Source: Pelomyxa schiedti (taxonomy: Eukaryota; Protista; Evosea). Taken from it: a DNA stretch of 59,247 nt. A program made the translations under genes and the position numbers. The DNA is taken from positions 1 through 59,247 of the forward strand of contig JAHLWZ010000290.1 of assembly GCA_020536535.1 (NCBI GenBank). Direction: 5' to 3'. Positions 37,162 through 51,092 of the stretch are shown here, one piece after another; the stretch's first letter is position 1, and each line of letters starts with the position of its first letter. The notes beneath the pieces were generated by a model. The model did no database searches, was not told the origin of the DNA, and saw only the letters and a list, made by a program, of their open reading frames with translations.

Positions 37162-37839
37162 ATGCAGTGTAGCATGTGCCACGGCGTGATTGATGGGCGA
37201 GTGGTGGACGCAATTCAACAGAAATGGCACCCTCAAGTTGTAGAGTTGTAGTTGAGCCCGTTTGTTTTGTGGCTGTCACGTCACCTGGCCTCCCACTAAC
37301 CTCCCATAAGTGCTTCATTTGTGATTTTTGTAGGGCGCCTATAGTCTCCCAGTACAGCACGAAGTACGGTGCGTTGTGCTCGTTTTCTACTCATCCTCTC
37401 CTTCCCTGCCTTGTCATTAAGTAACAGTTAGATTAATTAGACACGCGGGGGTTATTAACATCGAAAATTTCTTGCTAATACGACACGATATTCAGGGAGG
37501 CCCTATTGTGTGCCGTGTGAAAGAAGGTTGTATGGAAATTATTGCGAGGCATGCCACCAGGTATCCTCTCCTTTTTAATTGGCATTGAAATCTAAATGTG
37601 TACAAGCCTATAGCAGGACAGCAGATATCCGCAATTGGAAGGTTCTATCACCCCAATCACCTGGTTTGTTTCGTTTGTAAAGTACCTGTTCAGGTAAACA
37701 CCCCTCTCCACCTTTCCTAACTGAAAAGAAACCACTCCCACAAATCCTGTTATTGTTTATTATGCAGAATGGATTTGTGGAGCACAATGGCAAACCGTTT
37801 TGTTCGACCTGTGCCCACAATGCTGGAAAATCCTCTTAA
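37162..37839 (+). CDS. Two-LIM-domain (paxillin-like) protein, ~115 aa, 4 introns
   Basis: Spliced MQCSMCHGVIDGRVVDAIQQKWHPQCFICDFC...PYCVPC...CEACHQPI...FYHPNHLVCFVC...PFCSTC. Confidence 0.88.
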
Positions 37840-37880
37840 CACTTAATTAATCAGGAAAAAAAAACATTTTTCTTGTTTTC

Positions 37881-40800
37881 TTATGCATTTGCTCTTCTAT
37901 ACCACAGTGTTGCAATAAATGCCAAAACGATTGCCACTCCAATTCCCATGTATGTTCTCAGGTTGGTGTTTTTGGGTTCAGAGTCTGGTGTGCCTGTGAA
38001 GAATGAGTTTTGCTTCGAGAAAAGAACTTTTCTACTTGGAGGACTAGGGGTATCTCCTGAAGTGGGGTCTTCAAGAGGTGTTCCATCATAAGAAACCTTG
38101 ATGGACTCCTAACCGGCTGAGCGACGGGAAGGGATAAAGGGCAAAAAACCTGTTTATCACACAGGGGATCTGTGAAAGTCACCTGAACTCCAGAAAACGG
38201 TGCACTCCTGCCTTCAGCTGTAAGTTCCAGCTGATAAGAACTTGCTACTTTGGAAATGGAGAGTAAATTGGGGTGTGTAGATGTGACTTCGAGAACAGGG
38301 GGTGCATTAGCGATTGAAAGTTTGTAGGTGGACAATTTGAAGGCTTTCCCAAATTGGATCTGTTTAGTTTTAAGTAATGAATGACATCGGGATAATGTAT
38401 GCTTACTTGGAAAGGCTTGTTGATGACTGTAAATATGGGGTGGTATGGAACCTTTACCTCAGTTACAAATGCGCTATTTGTCTGAGGATTTTTTATTTTA
38501 ATGGTAATCTTGATGTCATAAATCTGTTTAACATGAAACAGATGAAGAGAGTAAGTCAAAGGGCATTGACGATGAAATAACCTGTAGGATCGTATTGGTA
38601 GCAGATAAGACACATGACAGAGTTTTATCAGTGGTGCTGTAGGCCACGGCAACTGGAGATTGACTGCTGCACTCAACAACCAGATTGCGTCTCACACTTG
38701 ACATCTGAGAAGTTAAAACACCCACTTTCGTAAGCAGTTGCAGGGGCAATCTGGGAAAAGATTGACGGTCAATAAAACATGACAGTTGAACATGTAACCA
38801 ACCGAAGAGTTTTCGAACACTTTGCATGAGTACCAGAGTCGTCAGCACAGAGAAGAGCCGCATCAGTGGAGTTACCTATGTTAACTCCGGAAATTTCTTG
38901 TACTGTGACGGTGGTTTGTGATGCTCCATACTCAACCTCGACTGATCCAACAGAGGAGGCAATCCCAACACCAGTTGTTGGTTCAATTCTTCATCCCAGG
39001 TTGGTTTTTTTTTTTTTTTGGGGGGGGGTTTACCTGAATACGGACGAATTTGAACTCCTCCATGTCCATTCTTTATCTAGCAAGAATGGGAAAAGGGAAA
39101 TAGGAAAAGAAAAATGCCTTGCTCCCCACTGTAATGAAAACGGACCTCGTCGCCAGTTGTTAAAACTGGTTCGTTGATATTAAAGGCTTGGACTGTTTTG
39201 ACCTTCATTCCATGAGGAGGAAGTATGTGAATTTTGTGGAGCAGATGTACGATACCTGAAAAACTGTATACAAAGCAGGAAACCAATTACTTGTCAGAGT
39301 CACCCCAACAACAGTGAGTCCCGTGTGCTTCCCTGTTAAGACAAGCCCTCCTTCAACCTGAATGAAGTTTTGGTCTGGAAGAAAATTGGGGAAGTTGATT
39401 TTACTGGTAGGACATCCAAAAGATTTTTTGGGGAGATGGTTGTTTCTACGGAATAATCACCGAGTTCAGCAAATACGATACCACGAGATGTGACTGCTGT
39501 AAAATTAACGCTAAAGACAGTCAGGAAAGCCAACGAAAACAAGAGCACACAGAACGGGGGTGTGACAGGGAACCTGTCAGAGTGGTGAGTATTTTGGAAT
39601 TGTGGGTATTCTTACATTACTGGATGTCATTTTTACCATAAGAGCTGTTGGAGTGGCCACATTCACACTCAAGGGCTATACTCAGTTAAAGGAAATTCCA
39701 CATAGAGAGGAAAGCAAACCAGCTTTTGTTCTGTTGGTTCATCTGTGAATAGCACCACAGCAGCACCGAGATTAGATAGTGAATGAACCAGTATATCACT
39801 CTTCGCGTCTCTATGAACTTGAATCAATCTTTCTCCACTTGACACTTGGAATGAGACCTGTGGTATTGGCGTTGGTCATTTCCAAGTCCGTTATGACAGA
39901 GATACCTGTGGAGAGGAGAGCTTGACGTGAAAGATGCTATGGGGTGCCACAGTAATACTGGAAGGGTGTAGGAATTCAACTTTATCTAAAACAGAGATCT
40001 GCAGAGAAGCTTAGAGACGGAAAGAGCACAAGGGCTAACTTCGATAGTGTCATCTATTTTAAATGACGAAACGAATTTGTCTTGTTGCAATTTAACAGCA
40101 AGAAGACATTTCCCAGGACTTAATGCTAGCAGAGAGACACTCAATAAGTGACTATCTACGGATTCAAGAAACACTAAGTAATGGACAAGGAGAAGTAAGA
40201 AAAACCTTGAGGGTCAAGCTGCAAAACTGTAGGGTTGCTAACTGTCCAATTTGGCGTGATGCTACCAATTGTTAAAAGTGAATACTACACACATGGTATA
40301 CCCCAGAGAAAGGAGGGTGTCAGGGGAGGATGCATCTTCCACTTTGGCGATTTAGATATTTCATGGAATATAACCGTAAAACCTTTGAGATAAGCAGATA
40401 TTTGGGACCCAACAACAGCTTGCAAAGTAGATTGGATTTTGATTTCTACTCTATGTCACATTGTTTCACATCAATAACTGCATACTTGGCATCTCTTTCA
40501 CAGCAATTGTTATGGAATTAGCAGATCTCAACACGTTTCCTGGTTTCAACTCAACTTCTGCAAAAGCATGTGTTGTTCCTATTTTGCGAGTGGTCACGAC
40601 TCCATCAACAACAGTTGCAATTGTGGGATTGTCTACTATCCACTTGACCTGATCCCATTGTCAATGCTTTGTTCCTATGTCAATGTACTTGAACCTGAGA
40701 AGTGGAAGATGGAGGGCCCCCCTGAAGTTGTAGATGTCCAAAGAATCCCAAAGACAAACTCAATTCTGGAGGAGAAATAGTGATATCCTTATAGACTTGA

Positions 40801-43800
40801 ATCTTAAGAACAATCAATTATTGACCAATGTGCAAAGCAAGAAAGTACAAGTTTTGGAGGACTTGAAATGACTTTCCCTTCTCGTGTAGTAAAATAGGCT
40901 ATCAATGCAGTTGTGCCCTAGTTATTCTATGAGGGGAGGAAATATAATTCCTGGCATACAGCATTGAGTGCCTTTATAGAAAAAGAGGTAGGGGTGTCTG
41001 AGGAAATACTTATTACCCCGTCACCAGTGTCAGTGTCATCTTTGAGTCTTAATTTTATTGACAGGGCTTGAAGTCTAGAAAGCATTTTAGTGGAGTACGA
41101 GCGAGAAATCTTACAAGTCTTCCGGGATAAGGTGTTCATATACGTCAAATGCACGGACCCTTACTTCACCTCTATTACCAACAAGAAGAAGGTCCTTATC
41201 GATATCAATAGATAGAGCTTGAACATCAATTACAAGAATGCTAACAACACGCTCCTCATTTCCACAACTATCACGGACCAATATCTTGGTAAATTAGGAA
41301 AGTGGCATAAACAATTGAGAAGCAAACTGCAGTGGTCCCAGACTTAAGTGCCTCCACCTACAGTGATGTAAGGAGTTCATTTCATTAACTTTGTTGTTCT
41401 TTACCTGAACAGAAGCCGAATCTATGTCAGTAACTCTAATGATATCAGAGTTTCCATTCCCAAAAGAGTACATCCCAGAACCAGATATTACTGAATATTG
41501 TCAAACACATCTTTTACTGTGCTCTTGCCTTTAATTATTGCTCTGCTTGTCATGTGATTCAAAAGAGTGACCTAGTAGAATTAGATAATACAATGGCATC
41601 ATAGTGGCTACCTGCTGAGGAGATACAGATAAGCTATCGTAGACTCTTAGTTGGAGGGAGTGCGACAGAGTTGTCAGTGATGGTATTGTTCTGCATGAGT
41701 ATTAGAGTATTGCATCATCTTCTTTCTTAAAAAAGTATCCTGTGAGTGAGATTACAAACCGGGTTTTAGAATCTGCCAATGTTTGTGGAGTGAATGACGA
41801 AATGGAAGCACTTATCGTTATCAACCCCTTTTGGTTTCCGTGCAAAGAGGCTGTTTGTTTATCGGTCTGCCAGGAGGCAATGGACTGCAATAATTAGGAG
41901 AAAAACCCCAACGAAAAGGACTGAAGTATACCGGATCTGAAGATAGGTAACTAATATGGAGTGTAGATATATTGGGAAACTGGCGACTCTGTTCATCAAA
42001 TACTTTGAGTGTAAACATAAGGGAACCACCTGTCTTTAAAGCAATAGGAGATTCTGCAATACAGGAGCCTGAAACTAGGGTACTTCTATTGGTGAAATGA
42101 TTTGGGACTTGAACTGTCACCTGGCTCAAGTAAGAGTTTCGACGGAGGCAAGCATTCCAACTCAAAAGTGGTCACACTTGCACCGCCATACAATATGCTG
42201 ATAACCTGAGGTGTTGTGCATAACTGGTTCTTATCCAATAAACAAATTTACATGTTTGCCAAACTGAAAACATGATATACTAAACTCACGCTTGTTGGCA
42301 GGGTTATTGGCAATCTCCTTTTGTCCAGGTTTTCGTTTTAGTCCTGTCCCACTAAGTTTAAATTACATACCAGTGAGTCAGTATTCGAAGTCAGTTCATA
42401 AAAAGTTGAGGAGGAGGGCTCTGGGCCGCCAGTAATAGTAAACTTCCCTGCAGCTCCAAATGTCAATAAATCGGGGCCTGACAAAGACACTTCAGCGTGA
42501 ACAGTGATTGTGAATTGTGTCGATATAGTCAGCCCAGCCCGATCTTTGAAGGAAGCGGTAATTTGGGCAACTCCTTCATGTGGAAATGTTGCTTGAACAC
42601 CAGCACAGATGCGCTTTTTTGGTTTCTTACTTTAATAGGGTTAAAAGATGACATACAGCTGATTCTGGTTTGGTTTGAGAGGAAAAAGTCACATGAGGCA
42701 GAGACGACTTCCATTCAAACGGTACTGCCGTGCAATCGTCAAAAAATTGTCCACTGGAATCTTTAGCCTACTTGTATGTGATGTTGGGAAGAGGCTAGTG
42801 GTAAGATACAATTATCCCCAGTAGAATGCTTCCGCCAACAAAGAGGGAGAGAGTGGGTGAATTGGCAGAAATGAGAGAAATCTTGTCAATCACAACCTTT
42901 CAGGTGTTATATTTCCGTAAGACAAACTGAGGGTTGTAACTGAAATTTCATCAAAATTGGAGGGGGTAGCCGCATCCAGTAATTGCACCTGAACAGTTCC
43001 CACATTTCCAGATACAAATGTTAGAATACCAGAGACTCCGACTATTGCCACGGAAGAATCAGAGGTGCGCCATTGATAGACACCACTTCCGCCAGTTGCC
43101 TTTGGAATATCAGTGCCATACAAAGATGTATTAAGAGTGCCTGCAGTTGGAAGTGGGAGTTAAAGGCTGGTGGTAGCAATAGCTTTTCAGGTGAAATTTT
43201 CACGGGTAGGACAACTGATATATCCTTGTTTAGCACAAGGTTCTTCATGTCAACCTGCATGAGTGTGATTGTCAAGAGACAAAGTGCCTGCAAATTGTTA
43301 CCACAGTTGCTGATACGGATATTTGAGTGAGTCCCGTGTTCTTTGGAATTACAGAGAAAGAATCACGAGTGGATGAAGGAATATCGAATTTTGTAGTATC
43401 AAGGTGAATGGAGAACCGGAAGCTCTTAAAGAAAAGTTTAGGATGGATTTGATGGGGCAGCAATTACATCAGAGAGCTGCAAAATGTGCTCTTCACTGTC
43501 TAGTACTTTCATCTCAACCTGTGTTCAATAAGAATGCAAATTTTTTTGAAGAATCGCAACAAAGTATTTCTGGCCGGTTATGAGAGGAGAAGACTCAGGT
43601 AACACTATCACAGCTTAAGATTTTACCGACATTAAGAGAAAGAATCACATTCGTTGTCTCTGTACACATCCAAGTGCACACTGTGGGGTTGGGACACAAA
43701 AATCGTACCACAAGTGCGGCTTTCTTGCATATCTGATAACCCATGAGCTTGGAGAGGAAGTGATTTAAAGACTCACATGAACTTGTTACGCACACTTGAA

Positions 43801-45139
43801 CAGTAGTGGATACTTTGACTTGAGGAGAAATTGTTACCACACCATGAGCTTCTACTGTAGCTATAGAAATATCAGATGTTGACCAAATGAAGTCATGGCT
43901 AGGAAGAGATACAACTTTGTGTGGTCAATACATATTCAATACCAAAATGGAAAACCTTCTAAATTTCCTGAAGGGGCACGGACAGAAAGACTATACTTAA
44001 TGACAGAGCCTGGTACAACATACAGAGATTTTGCTGGTGATAGTACTAGCTGCAGGAGTACTGTCATGACCGCCGATACCTAGGTGACTGTTTAAATCCA
44101 GGATGTGCATGTAGAAAAAAGTGTATCTAACTGGAGGAACTCGAGAATTTCCAGTGATACAAGAGGATAGTTTTGCTTTCCCTACAGTCATACTTTCCAA
44201 TGCAACAGCGTTGCTTCGTAAACCCTTGACTGGTCAAATGAAAGGGGAGGCTGTAACCTTGTACCTTGGCTTCCAGCTCAAGTAACATTTGGGAAGCCTC
44301 CACAGACACATCTCTAAAGTTTCTAATACGGAAAGGAGTAGATAAACTCAGTGTTTCAATCGTCCAATCAAAAAGAATTCCTTCTAATGTGGAAAAATGG
44401 TTGTCTGTTTTTTTTTTTTTTTGGTTTACTGTTACAACTTGTAAAACCAAAAGAGAAACCATACTTGATGAATCAAATCCAGTCAGGCTTACAACCTGAA
44501 CAAGCCCTTTGTAGAGAATTCTAGTTGTAGTCTGTTAAAGTGTTACCAAAAGAGGGCAGAAAGGGGAATAGGGCTGGACCTACAGCAATATCAAGTCGAT
44601 GGATATCATCAACCGATACTTCACATCTCAATATTGAATCACTCACTTTTAGTGGAGTTACCACCTATACAGGAAAATTCTCAAACGTACATTGGTCTTC
44701 TGCAGTAACCCATGTAGAGTGGCGGTGGTGAATGTTTTGAATGTCTCCAACTGGCAACTTTTTGGATATCACAGAAACACTGTCCACGCATGTAAGTTGC
44801 TTTTCTCTGTGAGTCTTCAAAGGTTGCACTGTTGCCACCATGGGATTGTCTGTTGACCTTCACAATCACATGTTCAGCATTTTTACATTGTTGTGTGCTA
44901 TTTGGAAAAACCCAAAGACCTCGACGCACAGCAAAAGCACAACAAAAACAACAAACGCAAACTTACCACGTGAAACAGCCACCACTGACTTGCAAAGGAA
45001 ACGCGATATTGGGACCACCTTCAGTACCGAACGGCAGTAGGATATTAACAGCTGATATGGATGGCACTTCACCACACGAGATCGAGATCGCGTGCCACAG
45101 CACCACAGCCGCAGCAATTATGTCAAACCTTGGCATCAT
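37881..45139 (-). CDS. NUP210: Nuclear pore membrane glycoprotein gp210 (Nup210), many exons
   Basis: Signal peptide, then NILLPF...LQVSGGCFTW, NHFSTLEGILFDW, ATGGSGVYQW.TSDSSVAIV, F.GGPEP, GGP-type Ig-like repeats. Single C-terminal TM MGIGVAIVLAFIATLW followed by RRANA*. Confidence 0.82.
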
Positions 45140-45352
45140 TTCCCGGTTGTGAGGTGATGTGGGCGAATCTCTTAACGGATTAATCTCAGAAAGGCGCTGG
45201 CCACAACCAAATAGAAACAAGCCCTGGGCTCCGTTTCTTTTCTATTCGGACTTTTTTCGTTGATTTACTCTTCTTTTGAGTTTCGCTGCGGGGAAGCCAT
45301 TCTTCAGGGTTTTTTCTTTTTTTTTACAGGCATAAATAAATACAACCAAAGC

Positions 45353-48300
45353 ATGGCCACGAGACCGGTGACGTTCTTAGTGAACGGGAAATTGCATTCC
45401 GTAGCGAATGCCAACCCTTTGGAATCTTTGCTTACTTATTTGCATGAAGGTATGTTTCTTCTGTATTCGTTGGGCCTTTTTTTTTTTTCCTAACACCAGT
45501 GTTGTATCGTTAACACGTTGCAGCTGGAATAAAGGGAACCAAATTGGGTTGTGGCGAAGGCGGCTGTGGTGCTTGCACAGTTGTCGTGTCTTTCTTCAAC
45601 AAATCACTTGGCTCTGTTTGGTAATTGCTCTACCCTTGGCCTTGGTTATATTTATGTGGCTTAGCCATAGAGCTGTAAACGCTTGTTTAATGCCCCTTTG
45701 TGCTGCTGATGGCACTGCTATAACAACTATCGAGGGTCTCAAGTCAACCACTGCATTGCACCCCATTCAGGTTTTCTTTCTCTGTAATGTACAATGCTTT
45801 GACAACCATATAATTTATAGGAACGAATGGTCAAGTCCAACGCTATCCAATGTGGGTTTTGTACTCCAGGCATTATAATGGCCCTATATGCGTACCTTCT
45901 GGAGCACCCAAATGCTACAGAGTCTTCTTTGCAATCTTGTCTAGATGGAAATTTGTGCAGGTGCACCGGGTACAGACCAATTATCGATGTCGCAAAAAGT
46001 GTATGTATACCCTTTTACTCATAACTCTAAAGCACACCAATAGTTCGCTCGGAAAACCTGCCTTGGTACTTGCACCACAACAGACATTGAGGTCGTTCCC
46101 TTTTCTCAGGAATGTACTTTAATGTAATTCAAGACTCTTCCTGTTGCTCCACCATCCATACCAGTGGAGTTTCTTACAGAAGCGAGGACTCCGCTCTTTG
46201 CTTCAACTCCCCAATGCTCGTGGTTTGTTCCACAGACACTCTCAGAGCTTCTTGAACTCAAGGCATTGAACAAATTCCTTTTCCTTCCCTCTATCCTCAT
46301 TTTCCCCAGAGGCTGCACCCTAAAGCCGAAATTGTTGTAGGAAACACGGAAGTAGGGATCTTCAATCATTTTAAGGGTTCATACCCAGGGCATATCATTT
46401 ACCCTGCTAACATTCCGGAGCTTCTTTCTGTGAGTGATATACACTGTTTGCTTTGTAACATCTTTGCAGTTCTCCACCACAGAGGACGGTGCCTTCATTG
46501 GGGCCGCTCTCTCTTTGACGGATCTTGAAATCAAATTGGAGAGTCTTATTGCATCAATGGATGTATTTCTCCAGTTCACTAAAATGCATCTGATTTCTGT
46601 AAAGAAAGCAAAGGCCAAAATTTTTGTGGAAATGATACGACAACTTGAACGTTTTGCTGGCCACCAGGTGCGTAATGTTGCATGTTTGGGTGCAAACTTG
46701 GCAACTGCCAGTCCAACTTCTGACATGAATCCCATTCTTCTCGCCTCGGTACAGTTTTGCTTTTTTTGGGCACACATTTCTCATACCAATTAGGGAGCTG
46801 TGGTCCATGTTGCTTCTTCCACTGGAAAAAGAACAGTTAACATCTCGGACTGGTTTATTGGGTACAGAAAGGTAGCACTTGCTCCCGAAGAAGTCATTGT
46901 CAGTATATGTAGGACCCACTCTAATATTTTCTCGCACTCAGCCTCTTTTAGTTGTACCTTTTACAAAGCCAAATGAATTCGTCAGTGCTTTTAAGCAATC
47001 CCGACGGCTTCACGATGATATTGCTGTTGTAACAGCCTGCTTCCGAGTTACCCTGCAAGAAGTAATATCTATGGAGAAAAGGATATATTAACGTATTTGA
47101 AGGTTCCAAATGAACCAGCCCCCAGTAGTGTAACTGCAACATCAGCACCAATTTTAAGGTGGGATAGTGCCTCCTTCAATGCTGCAGTGGCGTCTGGATC
47201 AGGATTTGTTGCGCAGCCCCCTTCTCAGTCACTGTTTCCCCCGACCAATAAGAAATGGGTAGTGCAATCTTGCTCCCTAGCCTTTGGCGCTATGGATGCC
47301 CGAACTCGCCTGTATTTTATTTTTCCAATTTTCTTTTTTAATTTCTCCTTCAGTGCCTCCAGTACTGGTCAGTTCCTAACAGGCAAATCTTGGGATTTCT
47401 CTATTCTTCCAGGGGTCATACGTGCATTTGCCACAGTAAGTCAATTTATTTCCTGTTGTTTTCTAATGTGTTAGGATTTTCCAATTGCCGCAAAAGTGCC
47501 TGGTGGTATGCCTGAATACCGTCGCACAATGACAGGCAGTTTGTTCTTCAAGGTACATAAAATGTTGCACTCCAACCAGAACTCAGTCTCTTTCCAAGTT
47601 CTTCATGGACGTTTATGCCAATATCCACGGCTCCACTTCAGTTCCACCCCAGTATCTCTCAGCTGCGAAGAAATCTTTTGATCGAGCAGTGATGAAAAGT
47701 GTTGTTGACTTTGATTGTGCAACCCCCAAGTGGTAGATTCTACTAGCCCGACTCTCCCCTCCACTGATAATACTAATAAAGCCCAACTGATGTTGTTGGA
47801 ACTCCTGTGACCCACATCTGTGCTGATAAACTTGCAACTGGAGAAGGTTTTGACATCTTAATTTCACCACAAGTAATTTCCTTGAAGCTGTTTTTGCATC
47901 CGATGTTGATGCACCATATCATGCAGTGATGATACAGAGCTCCAAGGCACATGCAAGGATTGTGTACGCACTAAGATGATTTGTTGCATGACATGATTTA
48001 TTTCTACCAGGAGTATTGATGCTACTAAGGCACTTGCAATGGAAGGTGTTCTTCGTGTTTTCACTGCCAAAGATGTTCCTGGTACAAATGTTTTCCCTGC
48101 CACCAAGGATGAAGAAGTCTTTGCCAGCTCCGAGGTTTTATGCGTGGGTAGGCGTTTGACGAACTTTATCTTCCCTTGGTAACTCTCCTTTTTTTTAGGC
48201 TACCCAGTTGGTGTTGTTGTTGCCAGGACCCACGAGATTGCCCGCAATGCAGCTCGGTTGGTTCAAGTGCAATATGAAGAGTTACCGGCAGTTTTAACCA

Positions 48301-50906
48301 TCGATGTGCGTTAGAACTAGCAAATAACCCATCTCATTTTTCTAGGATGCAATTAGGACAAATTCCTGGTTAGCTCCACCAATTGTGTATGAAACAGGTG
48401 ATATTAACGCGGGCTTCAAGGCATCTGATCACGTCATTGAAGGTCAACCACAAAGTATTTCCATAGAAGTAACTGTGAGCAGGTGAAATGTCTGTTAATG
48501 GACAAGAACACTTCTATATGGAAACCAACGTTGTGGTCGCTACACCTCGTGAAGATGAAATTGAACTCTTCTGTTCGACCCAAAATACCTCAAAAACCCA
48601 GTCCAGTGTTGCAACAGTACTGGGAATTCCTTCGAACGCTGTAACAGTGAAGGTAGTGATGACATTGACTGTATTTCCTTAATCTCCTTTAGTGCAAACG
48701 TGCTGGTGGAGGCTTTGGAGGCAAGGAAACCCGGAATATATTCGTTGCTGTTGCATGTGCCGTTCCTGCGTACATAATGAAGAAACCAATTAAATTGTGG
48801 ATGGATCGTGACGTGGATATGTCAATCACTGGCACCCGACACCCTTTCCTGTGCAGGTACAAGGTCGGTTTTATGAACAGTGGAAAGCTTGTTGCCGCCG
48901 ATTTTACTCTCTACAGCAATTGTGGTTACTCACTGGATCTTTCTATTCCCGTAATGTCACGGTAGATATCAAACCGGCAGATACTAAAGCTAATAGTTTT
49001 GTTAAGAGCCCTTTTCCATGTCGATAATGCATATTTCTTCGAAAATCTTCGTGCAACAGGACATATGGCCAAAACAAACAAGCCATCGAATACAGCGTAA
49101 ATTCTTCTTCCTGTCATCTCTCATTGTAAGAATAATTACCAGTTTCCGTGGATTTGGCGCTCCTCAGGGAATGTGTGTAACTGAGCAGATTATGATTAGG
49201 ATAGCACAGATGCTTGCTAAGCCTGTGAATCCTCTAAGAGTTGGCACCCTCAAGAAGACTTCCTTCCCACTAACTGTCACTACAGGAACTTAACTTCTAC
49301 AAAGAAGGAGAAATGACCCACTATGGAATGCAGGTGAAAAACAATTTCATGGCTCGTGTTTGGGCAGAACTTCTAGAAAAGAGCGAATTTAAGAAGAGAG
49401 AGTGAGCCTCCCTTTTTGTTTGATTCAAGTTCTAATACAACGAAAAGACATGAAGTGACCGTGTTCAATGCCCAGCAGCGATACAGGAAGCGTGGTATTG
49501 CTTGTATACCCGTTAAATTCGGTCTTGCCTTCACCCAAAGTGCACTGAACCAGGTACACCACACAGTTGAAACCTCTTTAATATCTTAACTCTAAAAAAG
49601 GCTGGCTCACTGGTTCACATCTACGTTGATGGCAGTGTTTTGATCTCTCACGGAGGCTGTGAAATTGGGCAAGGTCTTCATACAAAGATGGCGCAGGTGT
49701 GCTTTGCCTGAAAAATGTATTACTGTCCTTACATACACAGATTTGTTCTACGGCCCTAGGTATTCCACTCAGCATGGTGCGGGTAGGTGACACGAGCAGT
49801 GACAAAGTTCCAAACTCTTCACCCACTGCGGCTTCATCTCAGTCAGGTACTTTAGTTTAATTAACTGTGGTGTATGTAACACTATGTCACTTCAGATCTG
49901 AATGGCATGGCTGTACTGCTTGCCTGCACTGCTTTGAAGGAACGCCTGGAAAAATTCCGAGCGACTCTGCCCCCCACCCCCGAACCACTACCCTGGGACA
50001 AGGTACCAGCTGTAACCTTCTTGTCTTGACTAAATTTCCATTTTCCAGCTGGTGCAAGCAGCGTATGCAGCCAGGGTGGATCTATGCGCTCATGGATTCT
50101 ATGAGACATCTGCGGTCAAATTCGATTTTAAGACAGGAAAGGGAAACCCGTTCTCCTACTTCGTTTTCGGTGCTGCCTGCTCTGAGGTAGAAATAGACAC
50201 TCTCACAGGTTTGGTTTTGTTAGGTTGCAGCCCTTGAAATGACAGTGTGGTAGGAGATCACACGATCCTAAGAAGTGACGTAGTAATGGATATTGGGAAG
50301 AGTTTGAACCCAAGCATAGATATCGGCCAGGTGACAACACAACAGCCCCTTGTGTAATGGCATTTACTATCTATTTAGATTGAGGGCGCATTCATTCAGG
50401 GCTCTGGGTGGTCCACTCTGGAAGAACTTGTCAATTTCCCCAATGGGTCATATTACACTCTGGGGCCATCAACCTACAAGATTCCAGGTACTTGGACACC
50501 CATGTATTGTGGACCTTACACTCTCCCAGGAGTTGTTGATGTGCCTTCCGACTTCAGGGTTTACATTTTACGTGACGTTGAAAACCCTATGGCCGTTCAC
50601 TCATCCAAAGGCATAGGGGAGCCCCCGTTGTTCCTAGGCCATTCCGTTTTCTTTGCAATCCAAAACGCAATTACCAGTGCAAGGGCCGAAGAAGGAATAC
50701 AAGGATTTTTCCAGATGTCTCTACCCGCCTCCTGTGAACAGATAAGACTCGCTTGCCGTGATGCCTTCACCGATCCCACTCCAAATGGTATCAATCATCC
50801 TATTCCCCTTTCTCTCCTCACATACAAAACAGCCGGCATCAAGGGTGAATCCTGGACCACCGTAGAAAGCAGGCCTACTCCCGACGACCTCCACCAACTT
50901 CCCTGA
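45353..50906 (+). CDS. XDH: Xanthine dehydrogenase/oxidase (2x[2Fe-2S], FAD, molybdopterin), many introns
   Basis: [99 protein letters not shown]. Confidence 0.95.
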
Positions 50907-51092
50907 AGCCTCTCCTTATCCAACAAACAAAAACCCCTCTTATAGATACCCTTTCCATAATAAAACTCTTTGTACCCTCAACACCATTTCCTTTTTCGCG
51001 CTCTCTTTTTCTTTCCCTGTTTCCGCCCGTTATCCAACCGTTATTTGGTAGCGAAAAACCGCGTCTCGTGCCTCTCAGCCCCATCAATTACA

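Noticed and set aside
37561-37606. LIM-gene intron starting GTATCCTC (also GTATCCT donors near 21370 and 20908) as U12-type introns
   Set aside because: No exact GTATCCTT and no TCCTTAAC branch site near the acceptor. Compatible with the generally degenerate U2-type donors.
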